Shown here one piece after another: positions 1 through 10,145 of a stretch of DNA of 64,000 bases. The stretch is from Candidatus Bathyarchaeia archaeon (GTDB lineage: Archaea; Thermoproteota; Bathyarchaeia; 40CM-2-53-6; CALIRQ01), in the NCBI GenBank assembly GCA_038843675.1, contig JAWBRV010000004.1, positions 20,442-84,441 of the forward strand, written 5' to 3'. A model generated the notes under the pieces. The model worked only from the letters and a program-made list of their open reading frames with translations. It was not told the origin of the DNA and made no database searches. The translations under genes and the position numbers were made by a program. Each line of letters opens with the position of its first letter. The stretch's first letter is position 1.

Positions 1-221
1 CTCTCGAGGGATCTCAGCTCCTTGAGGGCCGCCGTCAATACTTATCTCAGGCTGGCCTCGGCCTGCCAAGGGACCCTCGAGGCTTTGGAGGGGTTGGGGG
101 AGGAGCCCAAGTCATCTCGTGGTTCGCGGGCCTAAGCCAACCTTTCGCATGGGAGGAGCCCGACCATAACTTAAATAGAATCCGCCCAACCCCCCATACG
201 GGTTGATAAGGTGTTGGCGGG

Positions 222-578
222 TTGAGCCAAGAACGCGAGATCCCTCCCCAACTCAGGGAGCAATTGATCAGGTTCCAACAGCTTCAACAAACACTTCAAG
301 CGATAGTATCCCAAAGGCAGCAACTCGAGCTGGAGTCCATGGAGGTGGATAGGGCGATCTCGGAGCTGGAGAAGGTGGGCGATGACGCGCCAGTATATAA
401 GAACGTTGGCGCGATACTCATGAGGGCCGATAAGGGGGGCCTCCTCAACGAGCTCAAGGAGCGGAAGGAACTCATATCCACTAGGATAACCGTATTGAGC
501 AAGCAGGAGGCTAGGACTAGGGAGAGGTTGAAGGAGCTTCAGGATAAGCTCCAGGAGAGGTTGAAGCCGCAAGCCTGA
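222..578 (+). CDS. pfdB: Prefoldin beta subunit (TTG start)
   Basis: 118 aa coiled-coil protein, QQLQ…LE…KELQ pattern typical of archaeal prefoldin beta. Confidence 0.7.
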   Translation: MSQEREIPPQLREQLIRFQQLQQTLQAIVSQRQQLELESMEVDRAISELEKVGDDAPVYKNVGAILMRADKGGLLNELKERKELISTRITVLSKQEARTRERLKELQDKLQERLKPQA

Positions 579-612
579 GACGGGCCGGAGAGGCCCGGGA
601 TCCCCCGAGCGG

Positions 613-1647
613 ATGGCATTGCCGAGCCTCCAGAAGCTTAGGAGGGCCCTGAGGGCCCATAGGCGCTTCCTGATATTATGCCATCCCAACGCCGACCCCG
701 ATGCCGTTTGCTCGGCGATCGTGTTGAGAAACCTCATAAGGCGGATGAGGAGGGGAGCCGAGGTGGAGATGGCCGCCCCAGAGGGCATAAGCTCCATCTC
801 GAAGGGGATCGCCTCCAAATTCGGGCAGGAATTCTCGGAGGAGCCGAACCTCTCCGAGGCCGAATCCTTCTTCGCGCTCGATTTGAGCAACATATCGCAG
901 CTCGGGGCTTGGGGGGATGAGATCTTGGGCTCCGGGAAGCCCTTAATCCTTATGGATCATCACGCCCCGGATGGCCGGACAAAGGATGGCGCGTATTTGG
1001 CTATAGTGGATGAATCGGCCTCCTCTACCTGCGAGATCCTATATAGGGTCATGAGGAGATTGAGGGCGAAGCCCTCGAGGAGGGATCTGGAACTGCTCTT
1101 CGTGGGGATCGCCCATGAGACGAAGGCCTTCTCAATAGCCACTAGGGAGGCGTTCCTCATCGCCAGCGAGGCTATCAAGGCCGGCTCCAAGCCCCCAGAG
1201 CTCTTCTCTTTGATAAGGCCTCAGATGGATAGATCCGAGCGCATAGCTAGGCTGAAGGGATCCCAGAGGATGGAGGTGAGGACCCATGGGGATTGGATCA
1301 TCGCCCTATCCCATGTCGATTCCTTCCAAGCCTCGGTCGCTAGGGCCCTCATCAACTTGGGCGCCGACTTGGCTATCGTTGGAGGAGGGAAGGGGGAAGC
1401 GAAGGTGAGCCTCCGATCCACCGATGCCTTCTCCAATGGGACCGGGATCCACTTGGGGAGGGACGTAGCCCAGCCCATCGGGAGGGCCTTCAATGGGACC
1501 GGCGGCGGCCATAGCACGGCCGCGGGGATAAGCGGCCGAGGACAACCGGCGGAGCTGGTGAATGCATGCTATGAGGCCATCTCCGCCCTGCTCAAGCGAT
1601 CCGAGGGGGGAAGATGGGAGGCCCCGGAGGATAAGGGCTCCCAGTGA
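613..1647 (+). CDS. DHH/DHHA1 phosphoesterase (NrnA/RecJ-like)
   Basis: DHH motif (ILMDHHAPD) and DHHA1 GGGHxxAAG motif. Confidence 0.75.
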   Translation: MALPSLQKLRRALRAHRRFLILCHPNADPDAVCSAIVLRNLIRRMRRGAEVEMAAPEGISSISKGIASKFGQEFSEEPNLSEAESFFALDLSNISQLGAWGDEILGSGKPLILMDHHAPDGRTKDGAYLAIVDESASSTCEILYRVMRRLRAKPSRRDLELLFVGIAHETKAFSIATREAFLIASEAIKAGSKPPELFSLIRPQMDRSERIARLKGSQRMEVRTHGDWIIALSHVDSFQASVARALINLGADLAIVGGGKGEAKVSLRSTDAFSNGTGIHLGRDVAQPIGRAFNGTGGGHSTAAGISGRGQPAELVNACYEAISALLKRSEGGRWEAPEDKGSQ

Positions 1648-2517
1648 TTGGGCATAATCGATCCTCGGGGGCGAATCCCAATGCCGCAAATAAAGGCCAA
1701 GGATTTCTCGTTCACCTATTCCAGCTCCGGGAGACCCTCCATAAGGGATCTGGACTTGGAGATCGAAAAGGGCGAGTTCATACTCCTGACCGGTCCGAGC
1801 GGCTGCGGCAAGACGACCCTTTGCAGATGCCTCAACGGCCTCATCCCAAACTTCTACGCGGGCCATTGGGAGGGCGAGTTCCGTGTATGCGGCATCGATA
1901 TCACGAAGGCCAAAACTTATGAATTAGCCAAGCTCGTGGGCCACGTCTTCCAGAACCCCGAGAACCAGCTCTTCTCCCTTTCAGTCGAGAGGGAGATCGC
2001 GCTCGGTCCGGAGAACTTGGGCCTCCCGAGGGATGAGATACGCCAAAGGGTGGAATGGGCCATGGAGCTCGTGGGGATATCGGATTTGAGATATCTAGCG
2101 CCATACGAGCTCTCTGGGGGGCAACAACAAAAGGTCGCAATAGCCTCTGTGCTCGCCATGAGGCCCGAGATCTTGGTCCTCGATGAGCCCACATCCTTCC
2201 TAGACCCCAAGTCCGCCAAGGCGATATTGGAGACCATAGCGCGATTGAATGAGGAGCTCGATATGACGGTGATATTGGTCGAGCATAGGTTGGACCTAGC
2301 GGCGAGGCTAGTGGATAGGGTCCTCGTCATGAGCGAGGGAAGGCTGGCCCTCGACGGGAAACCAAAGGAGATATTCGGGAAGGCTGCGCACCTGATGGGC
2401 GTGGGGCTGCCGAAGGTAACGCTCCTTTTCCAGATGTTGCGCGAGGATGGGCTGGAGGTGGAGATACCAACGACGGTCGAAGAGGCCTCCGCGATCCTGA
2501 GGGGGTTGCTCGATTGA
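1648..2517 (+). CDS. ecfA1: ECF transporter ATPase EcfA1 (CbiO-like)
   Basis: Walker A GPSGCGKTT, ABC signature LSGGQQQK, Walker B ILVLDEP. Confidence 0.85.
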   Translation: MGIIDPRGRIPMPQIKAKDFSFTYSSSGRPSIRDLDLEIEKGEFILLTGPSGCGKTTLCRCLNGLIPNFYAGHWEGEFRVCGIDITKAKTYELAKLVGHVFQNPENQLFSLSVEREIALGPENLGLPRDEIRQRVEWAMELVGISDLRYLAPYELSGGQQQKVAIASVLAMRPEILVLDEPTSFLDPKSAKAILETIARLNEELDMTVILVEHRLDLAARLVDRVLVMSEGRLALDGKPKEIFGKAAHLMGVGLPKVTLLFQMLREDGLEVEIPTTVEEASAILRGLLD

Positions 2518-3344
2518 TAGAGGTCGAGGAGCTCATCTTCAGGTATCCGAACGGGTTCGAGGCGCTAAGGGGCGTGGATTTGAGGATAGGGGATGGGGAG
2601 TTCGTGGCCATAATGGGGGAGAACGGTGCAGGGAAGACGACCTTGGTCAAGCACTTCAATGGGCTCCTTAAGCCAACGAGGGGCCGGGTCCTGATCGATG
2701 GGCTCGATACCAAGGATGCCAGCGTCGCGGAGCTCTCCAGATCCGTTGGATTGGTCTTCCAGAACCCCGATCGCCAGCTCTTCAGCGAAACCGTCAGGGA
2801 TGAGGTGGCCTTCGCTCTGAGGAACTTCGGGTTCAGCGAGGAGATAATAGAGAAAAGGGTCGAAAGGATCCTAAGGTTGCTGGACCTGAGCGAGTACGCC
2901 GATACCTCCCCATTCCTCCTCAGCGGAGGGGAGAGGAAAAGGGTCGCCCTCGCTTCGGTCTTGGTATGGGATCCGAAGCACGTCGTCTTGGATGAACCGA
3001 CCATAGGCCAAGACTACCTCCAGAAGGAGCGCCTAAGGAACCTGATAATGCAGATCAACAATCAAGGCAAGACGGTCGTGATAGTTACCCACGACGTGGA
3101 GTTCGTGGCCGAGGCCAAGCCTAGGGTGGTCCTGATGTCCAAGGGCTCAATAATGGGGGATGGGAGGGCGGAGGAGATATTATCGGATCGGGAGCTGGTC
3201 GATAGGGCATCCTTGATAAGGCCCCAGATCTCGGAACTCGTCGATTCGCTATCGGATAGGGGGCTCCCGAGGGGCCTCATCGATGCCTATTCGGCCAGAT
3301 CGGCCATATTGAAGCTCCTGGGGGGTAGGGGAGGATGTCGCTGA
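2514..3344 (+). CDS. ecfA2: ECF transporter ATPase EcfA2
   Basis: GENGAGKTT and LSGGERKR motifs; 4-nt overlap with ecfA1. Confidence 0.85.
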   Translation: MIEVEELIFRYPNGFEALRGVDLRIGDGEFVAIMGENGAGKTTLVKHFNGLLKPTRGRVLIDGLDTKDASVAELSRSVGLVFQNPDRQLFSETVRDEVAFALRNFGFSEEIIEKRVERILRLLDLSEYADTSPFLLSGGERKRVALASVLVWDPKHVVLDEPTIGQDYLQKERLRNLIMQINNQGKTVVIVTHDVEFVAEAKPRVVLMSKGSIMGDGRAEEILSDRELVDRASLIRPQISELVDSLSDRGLPRGLIDAYSARSAILKLLGGRGGCR

Positions 3345-4123
3345 GCCTCCTCGAGGGCTTGAAGTTCGCTAGGATGGATACCCCGCTCCATAGGGCCGAC
3401 CCGAGGGCCAAATTCCTCATGGCCCTTTCGATCTTCGCCTCCTCCCTCCTCTTCACGAACCCCCTCGCGCTTTTAGCGCTCCTCGCGCTCCAGATCCCGC
3501 TCATCCTGATCGGGAGGATAACCCGCAGGTGGTCGAAATCCCTAAGGGGCGGCGCATTCTTGGCGATCCTGATCTTCTTGATGAATTTCCTAACGGGCCA
3601 AGGGGCCTCGTTCTCGATCGCCATGAGCATTAGGTTCCTTTGCCTCTTATCCTCCTTCTCAATCTTCTTCCTAACGACCTCGCCCGATGACCTTGGCTTG
3701 GCGCTTGAGCAATGCCATATCCCATACGCCCTAAGCTTCACCTTCACGACGGCCGTTAGGCTGGTCCCCACTATGGCCCTCGATGCGCAAGAGATCATCG
3801 ATGCCCAAAGGTCTAGGGGCTTGGAGCTTGAGAGGGGCGGACTCCTGAGGAGGGTGAGGAATTATATCCCAATCCTCGTACCGCTCATAGTTTGCGCCAT
3901 AAGGCGGAGCTTGGAGATGGCGGAGGCGCTGGAATCGAGGGCCTTCGGGGCCTCGGAGAGGAGGACCTCGCTGGTTACGCTGAGGATGGGGCCGCGGGAT
4001 TACATCCTCATGGCCCTTTCGATCGCCCTCTTGGCCTCGTCGATTTACATATCCAGATCCATCCAAATGCCCTCCTTGGATGCCCTCGATGGGATGTTGG
4101 GCCTCAGATGGAGGATCGCTTGA
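3335..4123 (+). CDS. ecfT: ECF transporter transmembrane component EcfT (CbiQ family)
   Basis: Multi-TM protein directly after two ECF ATPases and overlapping ecfA2. Confidence 0.75.
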   Translation: MSLSLLEGLKFARMDTPLHRADPRAKFLMALSIFASSLLFTNPLALLALLALQIPLILIGRITRRWSKSLRGGAFLAILIFLMNFLTGQGASFSIAMSIRFLCLLSSFSIFFLTTSPDDLGLALEQCHIPYALSFTFTTAVRLVPTMALDAQEIIDAQRSRGLELERGGLLRRVRNYIPILVPLIVCAIRRSLEMAEALESRAFGASERRTSLVTLRMGPRDYILMALSIALLASSIYISRSIQMPSLDALDGMLGLRWRIA

Positions 4124-4203
4124 AAGCCTCTCGGGAACGCCGCTCCCTTACCAAAAGCGTAAAATATGGAGTCCCCCGATCCTAAACCCGGGCGTGAGGG
4201 GGG

Positions 4204-4803
4204 TTGGCGATAACAAAGTTCAATCGCGCCGTCGAGGGCATAATAGGCGGCGTCCTCTCCTCCCTCTCTTCCATCGACGAGGCCCAAGTCGAGAAGATGA
4301 TCGATATCCTATTGGAGTCGAGGGATAAGAAGATATTGATCATAGGCGTGGGGAGGAGCGGGCTCGTTGGGAAGGCCTTTGCCATGCGCCTCATGCACTT
4401 GGGCTTCAACGTCTACGTCATGGGGGAGACGATAACGCCCGCCATAGGGAAGGGGGATCTGATAATAGCGATCTCCGGATCGGGCACGACGAAGCTAGCC
4501 GTCACGGCAGCGGAGATAGGCAAGGAGGTGAACGCGAGGATAATTGCCATAACCTCCTTCCCGGATTCGGACCTTGGGAAGCTCGCGGAGCATGTGGTTG
4601 TCGTCAGGGGCAGGACCAAGCTGGCGAAGGAGAAGGATTATTTCTTGAGGCAGATAATGGGAGTCCATGAACCGCTGGCCCCCCTCGGGACGATCTTCGA
4701 GATATCCGCGCTCGTCTTCTTGGATAGCCTCGTCGTCGAACTCATGCATAGGCTCGGGGAAACCGAGGAGGAAATGAAGAACAGGCACGCCACCATAGAG
4801 TGA
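4204..4803 (+). CDS. SIS-domain sugar-phosphate isomerase, likely 6-phospho-3-hexuloisomerase (PHI)
   Basis: About 199 aa; SIS motifs ILIIGVGRSG and AISGSGTT. Confidence 0.6.
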   Translation: MAITKFNRAVEGIIGGVLSSLSSIDEAQVEKMIDILLESRDKKILIIGVGRSGLVGKAFAMRLMHLGFNVYVMGETITPAIGKGDLIIAISGSGTTKLAVTAAEIGKEVNARIIAITSFPDSDLGKLAEHVVVVRGRTKLAKEKDYFLRQIMGVHEPLAPLGTIFEISALVFLDSLVVELMHRLGETEEEMKNRHATIE

Positions 4804-4819
4804 TTGCTCGCGATCCGAT

Positions 4820-6139
4820 ATGTCGGTCCTAATAAGGGATTGCGATTGGATAATCACCGAGGACGCCCATAGGAGCGTCCTGAGGGATAAATCCGTATAC
4901 ATCGAGGATGGCTTGATAATCGAGATCGGTGATAGGATCGGGTGCGAGGCCGATTACGTAATCGATGGATCCAAGAAGCTATTGATGCCCGGCCTCATAA
5001 ACGCGCATACCCATTTGGCCATGACGCTCTTCAGGGGATACGCCGACGACATGCCCGTCAAGGAATGGTTGGAGACGAAAATATGGCCTTTGGAGGCGTG
5101 GCTCGACGAAAGGGACGTCTTCGCCGGCTCAATGCTCGGTTGCCTCGAGATGATAGAGACCGGGACAACTTGCTTCTTGGATATGTACTTCTTCAACAAG
5201 GCCACGGCCGATGCCGTCGAGAAATCCGGGCTTAGGGCGGTCCTATCCTACGCGATCCTCGATGCATTCGACCCCGAATCGAAGGGCGCGCCGGATATCG
5301 CCCGGAAGCTCGCCTCCTTCAGGAAGGCCCCGGGGGGCGGAAGGGTGGAATATGCCATCGGGCCCCACGCCCCATACTCCTGCTCGGATGAAACCCTGCT
5401 CAAATGCAAGGAGAGGGCCATGGAGGAGGACGCGCTGATCCATACGCATATAGCCGAGGCGGAATGGGAGAGGAGGCTATTCGAGGAGAAGCATGGGAAG
5501 GGAGTGGTCGCGCATTTGGATGAGATCGGCTTCCTATGCGAGAACTTAGTGGCCGCGCATTGCGTTTGGCTGGATGAGGGGGAGATATCCCTGATGTCCA
5601 AGAGGGGTGCCAAGGTGGCCCTCTGCCCCATATCCAATATGAAGCTAGCGGTCGGCGGCCTCGCTCCAGCCCCCAAGATGTTGCGCGGGGGATTGGCCAT
5701 ATCTCTCGGGACCGACGGCGCGGCGAGCAATAACTCCCTCGATATGTTCGGCGCCATGAAGATCTGCGCTTTGGCCCATAAATTCGCGGAGCGCGATCCA
5801 ACGGCCCTCCCGGCGAGCGCGGTATTGGATTTCGCGACCATAGGGGGAGCCATGGCGCTGAGGAAGGAGAAGGAGATAGGGAGCGTGGAGGTCGGCAAGA
5901 GGGCCGACCTGATACTCTTGGATTTGAGGGCCCCGAACCTCCGCCCCATACATGGGAAGGATACGGTCGTTTCGGACGTGGTCTATTCGGCGAGCGGATT
6001 CAACGTGGACACGACCATCGTTGATGGGAGGCCCCTCATGCTCAACCGGGAGCTCCTCACATTGGATAGGGATGAGGTCCTCGAGGAGGCCGAGGAGGCG
6101 GCCCTGAGGCTCTTGGAGCGCGGCCGCGGATCGGCTTGA
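4820..6139 (+). CDS. mtaD: Amidohydrolase, MTA/SAH (5'-deoxyadenosine) deaminase-like
   Basis: PGLINAHTHLAMT metal-binding motif; 439 aa chlorohydrolase/deaminase architecture. Confidence 0.7.
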   Translation: MSVLIRDCDWIITEDAHRSVLRDKSVYIEDGLIIEIGDRIGCEADYVIDGSKKLLMPGLINAHTHLAMTLFRGYADDMPVKEWLETKIWPLEAWLDERDVFAGSMLGCLEMIETGTTCFLDMYFFNKATADAVEKSGLRAVLSYAILDAFDPESKGAPDIARKLASFRKAPGGGRVEYAIGPHAPYSCSDETLLKCKERAMEEDALIHTHIAEAEWERRLFEEKHGKGVVAHLDEIGFLCENLVAAHCVWLDEGEISLMSKRGAKVALCPISNMKLAVGGLAPAPKMLRGGLAISLGTDGAASNNSLDMFGAMKICALAHKFAERDPTALPASAVLDFATIGGAMALRKEKEIGSVEVGKRADLILLDLRAPNLRPIHGKDTVVSDVVYSASGFNVDTTIVDGRPLMLNRELLTLDRDEVLEEAEEAALRLLERGRGSA

Positions 6140-6202
6140 ACGGGATGGGCTTTTCAGAACGCTATTCGCCGGCGCGCCCCGAAGCGGCGGATGGGACCAA
6201 AA

Positions 6203-6222
6203 CATATAAAAAACCGATGCCT
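6203..6222 (+). promoter_or_regulatory. TATA-box (aaaacatataaaaaacc), putative EF-2 promoter
   Basis: AT-rich TATA-like element about 40 nt upstream of ATG 6261. Confidence 0.4.
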
Positions 6223-6260
6223 CTCCAGAGGGCCCAAAATTAGAAGATCAGGTGCGAAAA

Positions 6261-8486
6261 ATGCCGAGGTTCAAAACCGTCGCCGATATCCTGAGGATCG
6301 CCAAGGATAAGGACCAGATCCGAAAGGCGGATGGGCCCTGAGGGCCCACCGGCCCGGGAGATATAGGCATAATCGCCCACGTCGATCATGGAAAGACGAC
6401 GATGAGCGATTCCCTCTTGGCCTCCTCGGGATTGCTATCCCCGACGGTTGCCGGGACAGCGCTGGCGCTGGATTATATGGAGGAGGAGCAGAAGAGGCAG
6501 ATGACGATAAAGGCCGCCAACGTCAGCCTATATCACGAGATGGATGGGAAGCCCTACCTGATAAATCTGATAGATACGCCCGGCCACGTTGATTTCTCGG
6601 GCAGGGTGACGAGGTCCCTCAGGGCCATAGACGGCGCCGTGGTGGTGATCGATGCCGTCGAGGAGGTCATGGTGCAGACGGAAACTGTGACGAGGCAGGC
6701 CCTTGAGGAGAGGGTCAGGCCCGTCCTTTATATAAACAAAATAGATAGGCTGATAAAGGAGCTGAAGCTGACGCCGATCCAGATCCAGGAGAAGATAGGG
6801 AGGATAATAAGCGATTTCAACAACCTCATAAACCTCTACGCCGAGCCGGAGTTCAAGGAGAAATGGAAGGTCAGCTTCACGACGAACACTGTGGCCATGG
6901 GCGCCGCAAAGGATGGATGGGGCTTCACGTCCGAGACGGCCCAAAGGGCGGGCATAAAGTTCTCCGACGTCGTCGATGCCTATGAGAACAACAAGGTCGA
7001 TGAGCTGAAGAAGAAGGTCCCGCTCCATGAGGCGGTCCTGAACATGGTCGTCGATGCCATGCCGCCGCCTCATGTGGCGCAGAAATATAGGATCCAGAAG
7101 ATATGGCGCGGGGATATAAACAGCGAGGTTGGCCAAGCGATGATGAACTGCGACGACAACGGCCCGGCGGTCATGAGCGTTTCGAACATAGTGGTGGATC
7201 CGCATGCGGGCATAGTCGCCACTGGGAGGCTCTTCTCCGGGACCCTACACGAGGGCGATCAGGTATATTTGATAGGGGCCAAGACGCAGGCTAGGATCCA
7301 GCAAGTTTGCATTTATATGGGGCCGCATAGGGAGATCGTCGGATCCCTAACGGCCGGCAACATACCAGCCCTGTTGGGTTTGGAGGCGGCGAGGGCCGGG
7401 GAGACTATATCGACGATCAGGGATATTGTGCCCTTCGAGGCCGTCAAATATGTGACGGAGCCCGTGGTGACGATAGCGGTCGAGCCGAAGCACAGCCGGG
7501 ACCTCCCGAAGCTCGTCGACGTCCTCAAGAAGCTCTCGATAGAGGATCCCAACTTGGTGACGACGATAAACGAGGAAACGGGGGAGTATCTAATATCGGG
7601 CATGGGGACTCTGCATCTGGAGATAGCGACGACGCTCATCCAGAAGACGGGTCTAGAGATAGTGACCTCGAAGCCCATAGTGATCTATAGGGAGAGCGTC
7701 AGGGGCCGAGCCGGGCCATTCGAGGGCAAATCCCCCAACAAGCACAACAGGATCTACATAAGCGTTGAGCCCCTCGATGAGGAGATAATCGATATGATCA
7801 GGACGGGCAAGATAAACGAGTACATGGATCGCCACGAGATGGCCAAAGTACTCAGGGAAAAGGGCTGGCCGACGGAGGAGGCAAGGGGCGTTTGGAGCGT
7901 TGACGAGGGCGGCAACATGCTGATAGATTTGACGAAGGGGGCCCAATACCTTCACGAGGCGAAGGACATGATCATCTCCGGATATAGGTGGGGCATAAAG
8001 GAGGGCCCCATAGCCTATGAACGGGTCAGGGGCTTGAAGGTCATCATAAACGACGTCCAGCTCCACGAGGACCCAGTCCACAGGGGCCCGGCCCAAATAA
8101 TGCCCATGACGCGAAGGGCGCTCTTCGCCGCGATCCTATCGGCGGACCCATGCCTCATGGAGCCGATACAGAAGATAACGGTGAAAATACCGCCGGAGCT
8201 CATGGGCGAGGTGACGAGCATAATAAGCCAGAAGAGGGGGAAGGTCGTATCGGTCGAGCAGAAGGGCCATCTGGTCTACGTGATCGGGGAAATTCCAACG
8301 GCGGAGACGTTCGACCTATCCGAGGTCATGAGGAGCGCCACGGCCGGAAGGGCCTTCTGGGGCCTTGAGTTCCTGAGATGGGCTCCGGTCCCGGCATCGC
8401 TCTTCAACGGCATAGTCCAAGAGATAAGGAAGAGGAAGGGGTTGCCCCCGGAGCCGCCGACGCCGAAGGATTTCATGGAGATGTGA
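6261..8486 (+). CDS. fusA: Elongation factor 2 (aEF-2), interrupted by an in-frame TGA at 6339-6341
   Basis: ATG 6261 (MPRFKTVADILRIAKDKDQIRKADGP*) is in frame with the G1 motif IGIIAHVDHGKTT at 6363-6401. The ORF track only starts at 6402, which would delete the P-loop. Confidence 0.8.
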
Positions 8487-8638
8487 TCCGAAAAACGCCA
8501 TAATTTCCAAAAACAAGGGTATTGAACATTTGAAGTTCGCATGGGCCCCTTGGCCCCCCATTTGAGACCCTCTAAAAAGGCCTTTCAAACCCAATGAAGG
8601 CCGATGGAACGCGGTGGCATCGGGATCGGGTCCCCACA

Positions 8639-9466
8639 TCATTCCATCAATAGTTGCTTCGAGCGCTCCGTGGCCTTCAGGACCGCGTTTATCAGGGCTA
8701 TGCGGATCTTCCCCTCCTCCAACTGCAATATGCCCTCGATCGTGGCGCCGCCGGGCGTCGTGACCATATCCCTCAGCTTGGCCGGATGTTCCTTCGTCTC
8801 CAATACCATCTTGGCCGCGCCGAAGGCCGTTTGGGCCGCTAGCAATAGGGAGATCTCCCTCGGGAGCCCGACCTTGACCCCGCCCTCGGTCAACGCCTCT
8901 ATGACCATGTATATATAGGCCGGGCCGCTGCCGCTCAACCCCGTCACGGCGTTGAGGTGCTCCTCCTCCACTCTCACGACCTTCCCGAGCGCCCCGAATA
9001 TCTCCTCCGCCACCCTCATGCCCTCCTCGCCCACCGCATCGTTCCCCGCTATCGCCGTCATCCCCTCCCTGACCAATACGGCCGTGTTGGTCATGGCCCT
9101 AATTATCGGGACCCTCCTCCTCAGGTTCTTGGCAACGAAGGCTATCGGGACCCCGGCCGCTATGGTTATTATCAAATGGTTCGGGGTAACGGCCTCCCTT
9201 ATCTCCTCCAATAGTCCCTTGACCTGATTAGGCCTAACGGCTATTATTATGACGTCGCTATTCCTCACGAGCTCCGGATTGCTGGAATAGCATTTTATGC
9301 CATGCTTTTCGGAAACGAGCCTCCTCCTCTCCTCCTTCTCATCGCTAGCCGAGAGCATATCCCTCGATATCCTTCCGTCCGATAGGAGCCCGGCGATGAT
9401 CGCCTCCCCTATCTTCCCAGCCCCTATGATCCCTATGCGCTTATCTATCGCCATATAGGGTCCCAT
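8639..9466 (-). CDS. proC: Pyrroline-5-carboxylate reductase
   Basis: IGIIGAGKIG Rossmann motif and ProC C-terminal domain. The likely start is MGPYMAIDKR; the longer ORF to 9793 is probably spurious. Confidence 0.75.
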   Translation of the reverse strand: MGPYMAIDKRIGIIGAGKIGEAIIAGLLSDGRISRDMLSASDEKEERRRLVSEKHGIKCYSSNPELVRNSDVIIIAVRPNQVKGLLEEIREAVTPNHLIITIAAGVPIAFVAKNLRRRVPIIRAMTNTAVLVREGMTAIAGNDAVGEEGMRVAEEIFGALGKVVRVEEEHLNAVTGLSGSGPAYIYMVIEALTEGGVKVGLPREISLLLAAQTAFGAAKMVLETKEHPAKLRDMVTTPGGATIEGILQLEEGKIRIALINAVLKATERSKQLLME

Positions 9467-9563
9467 GGCCTTGGAGGGGCCATGGATAAAAAAGTGTCGA
9501 TCCATATGAGCCCCAATGCTTAAATCCCGAAAATAGCCCTGAAGGGGCATCCAAGGGGGCGTT

Positions 9564-10145
9564 TTGGCCTTGGATCCGAAATCGATCATCGAGCTGGCGA
9601 GGGCCGTTGGGAGGATGAAGCTATTGGGGAGGGCGGGATGGATTAGGAAGCTCGGGATGCGGGAGCCAGAATCGGTCGCGGAGCACGCCTTCAGGGCGGC
9701 TTTCTTGGCGATGGTCTTGAGCGATTTGAGGGGACTCGATTCCGGGAAGGCCATGAGGATGGCGCTTTTGGACGATTTGCCGGAGGCGATCACGGGCGAC
9801 CTGACCCCGGAGGAAAAAGCGGGGATGGGCGCCGAGGAGGCCTTGAGGATGGAGGAGGGGGCCCTGAGGGAGATCCTCTCGAAGCTTCCGCCGCGCTTGA
9901 GGGATTATTATTTGGAGCTATGGAGGGAGGGCCAACGCGGCGAATCCCCGGAGGCGAGGCTGGTCAGGGACGCGGATAAGCTCGAGATGGCGCTCCAAGC
10001 CTTCGAATATTGGGAGGAGGGATGGCCCCTCGAGGGGTTGAGGGAGTTCATGGAATCCGCCAAGGCCGGCATAAGGGATGGGTTGCTATTGGCCTTGGTC
10101 GAGGAACTCATCCATAAGGCGGGCCGGGATCCTGAGCGGTATTAA
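9564..10145 (+). CDS. HD-domain hydrolase (YfbR-like 5'-deoxynucleotidase family)
   Basis: HD motif (AEHAF…D) and DADKLE. Confidence 0.6.
   Translation: MALDPKSIIELARAVGRMKLLGRAGWIRKLGMREPESVAEHAFRAAFLAMVLSDLRGLDSGKAMRMALLDDLPEAITGDLTPEEKAGMGAEEALRMEEGALREILSKLPPRLRDYYLELWREGQRGESPEARLVRDADKLEMALQAFEYWEEGWPLEGLREFMESAKAGIRDGLLLALVEELIHKAGRDPERY

Noticed and set aside
1-131. Possible 3' end of an upstream plus-strand gene (…LSRDLSSLRAAVNTYLRLASACQGTLEALEGLGEEPKSSRGSRA*)
   Set aside because: Only 43 codons are in the window and no recognisable motif; too little to call.
171-893. 240-aa minus-strand ORF antisense to the prefoldin and DHH genes
   Set aside because: Low-complexity, Ser/Leu/Pro-rich translation that fully overlaps two well-supported plus-strand genes; a typical spurious ORF in high-GC DNA.
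6528-8642. Several minus-strand ORFs (6528-7205, 7653-8096, 8316-8642) inside or antisense to EF-2
   Set aside because: Antisense to a highly conserved gene, with Arg/Pro/His-rich nonsense translations.
9467-9793. N-terminal 109-aa extension of the proC ORF
   Set aside because: The extension is low-complexity and the ProC Rossmann motif begins right after the internal Met; the true start is probably 9466 or 9454.
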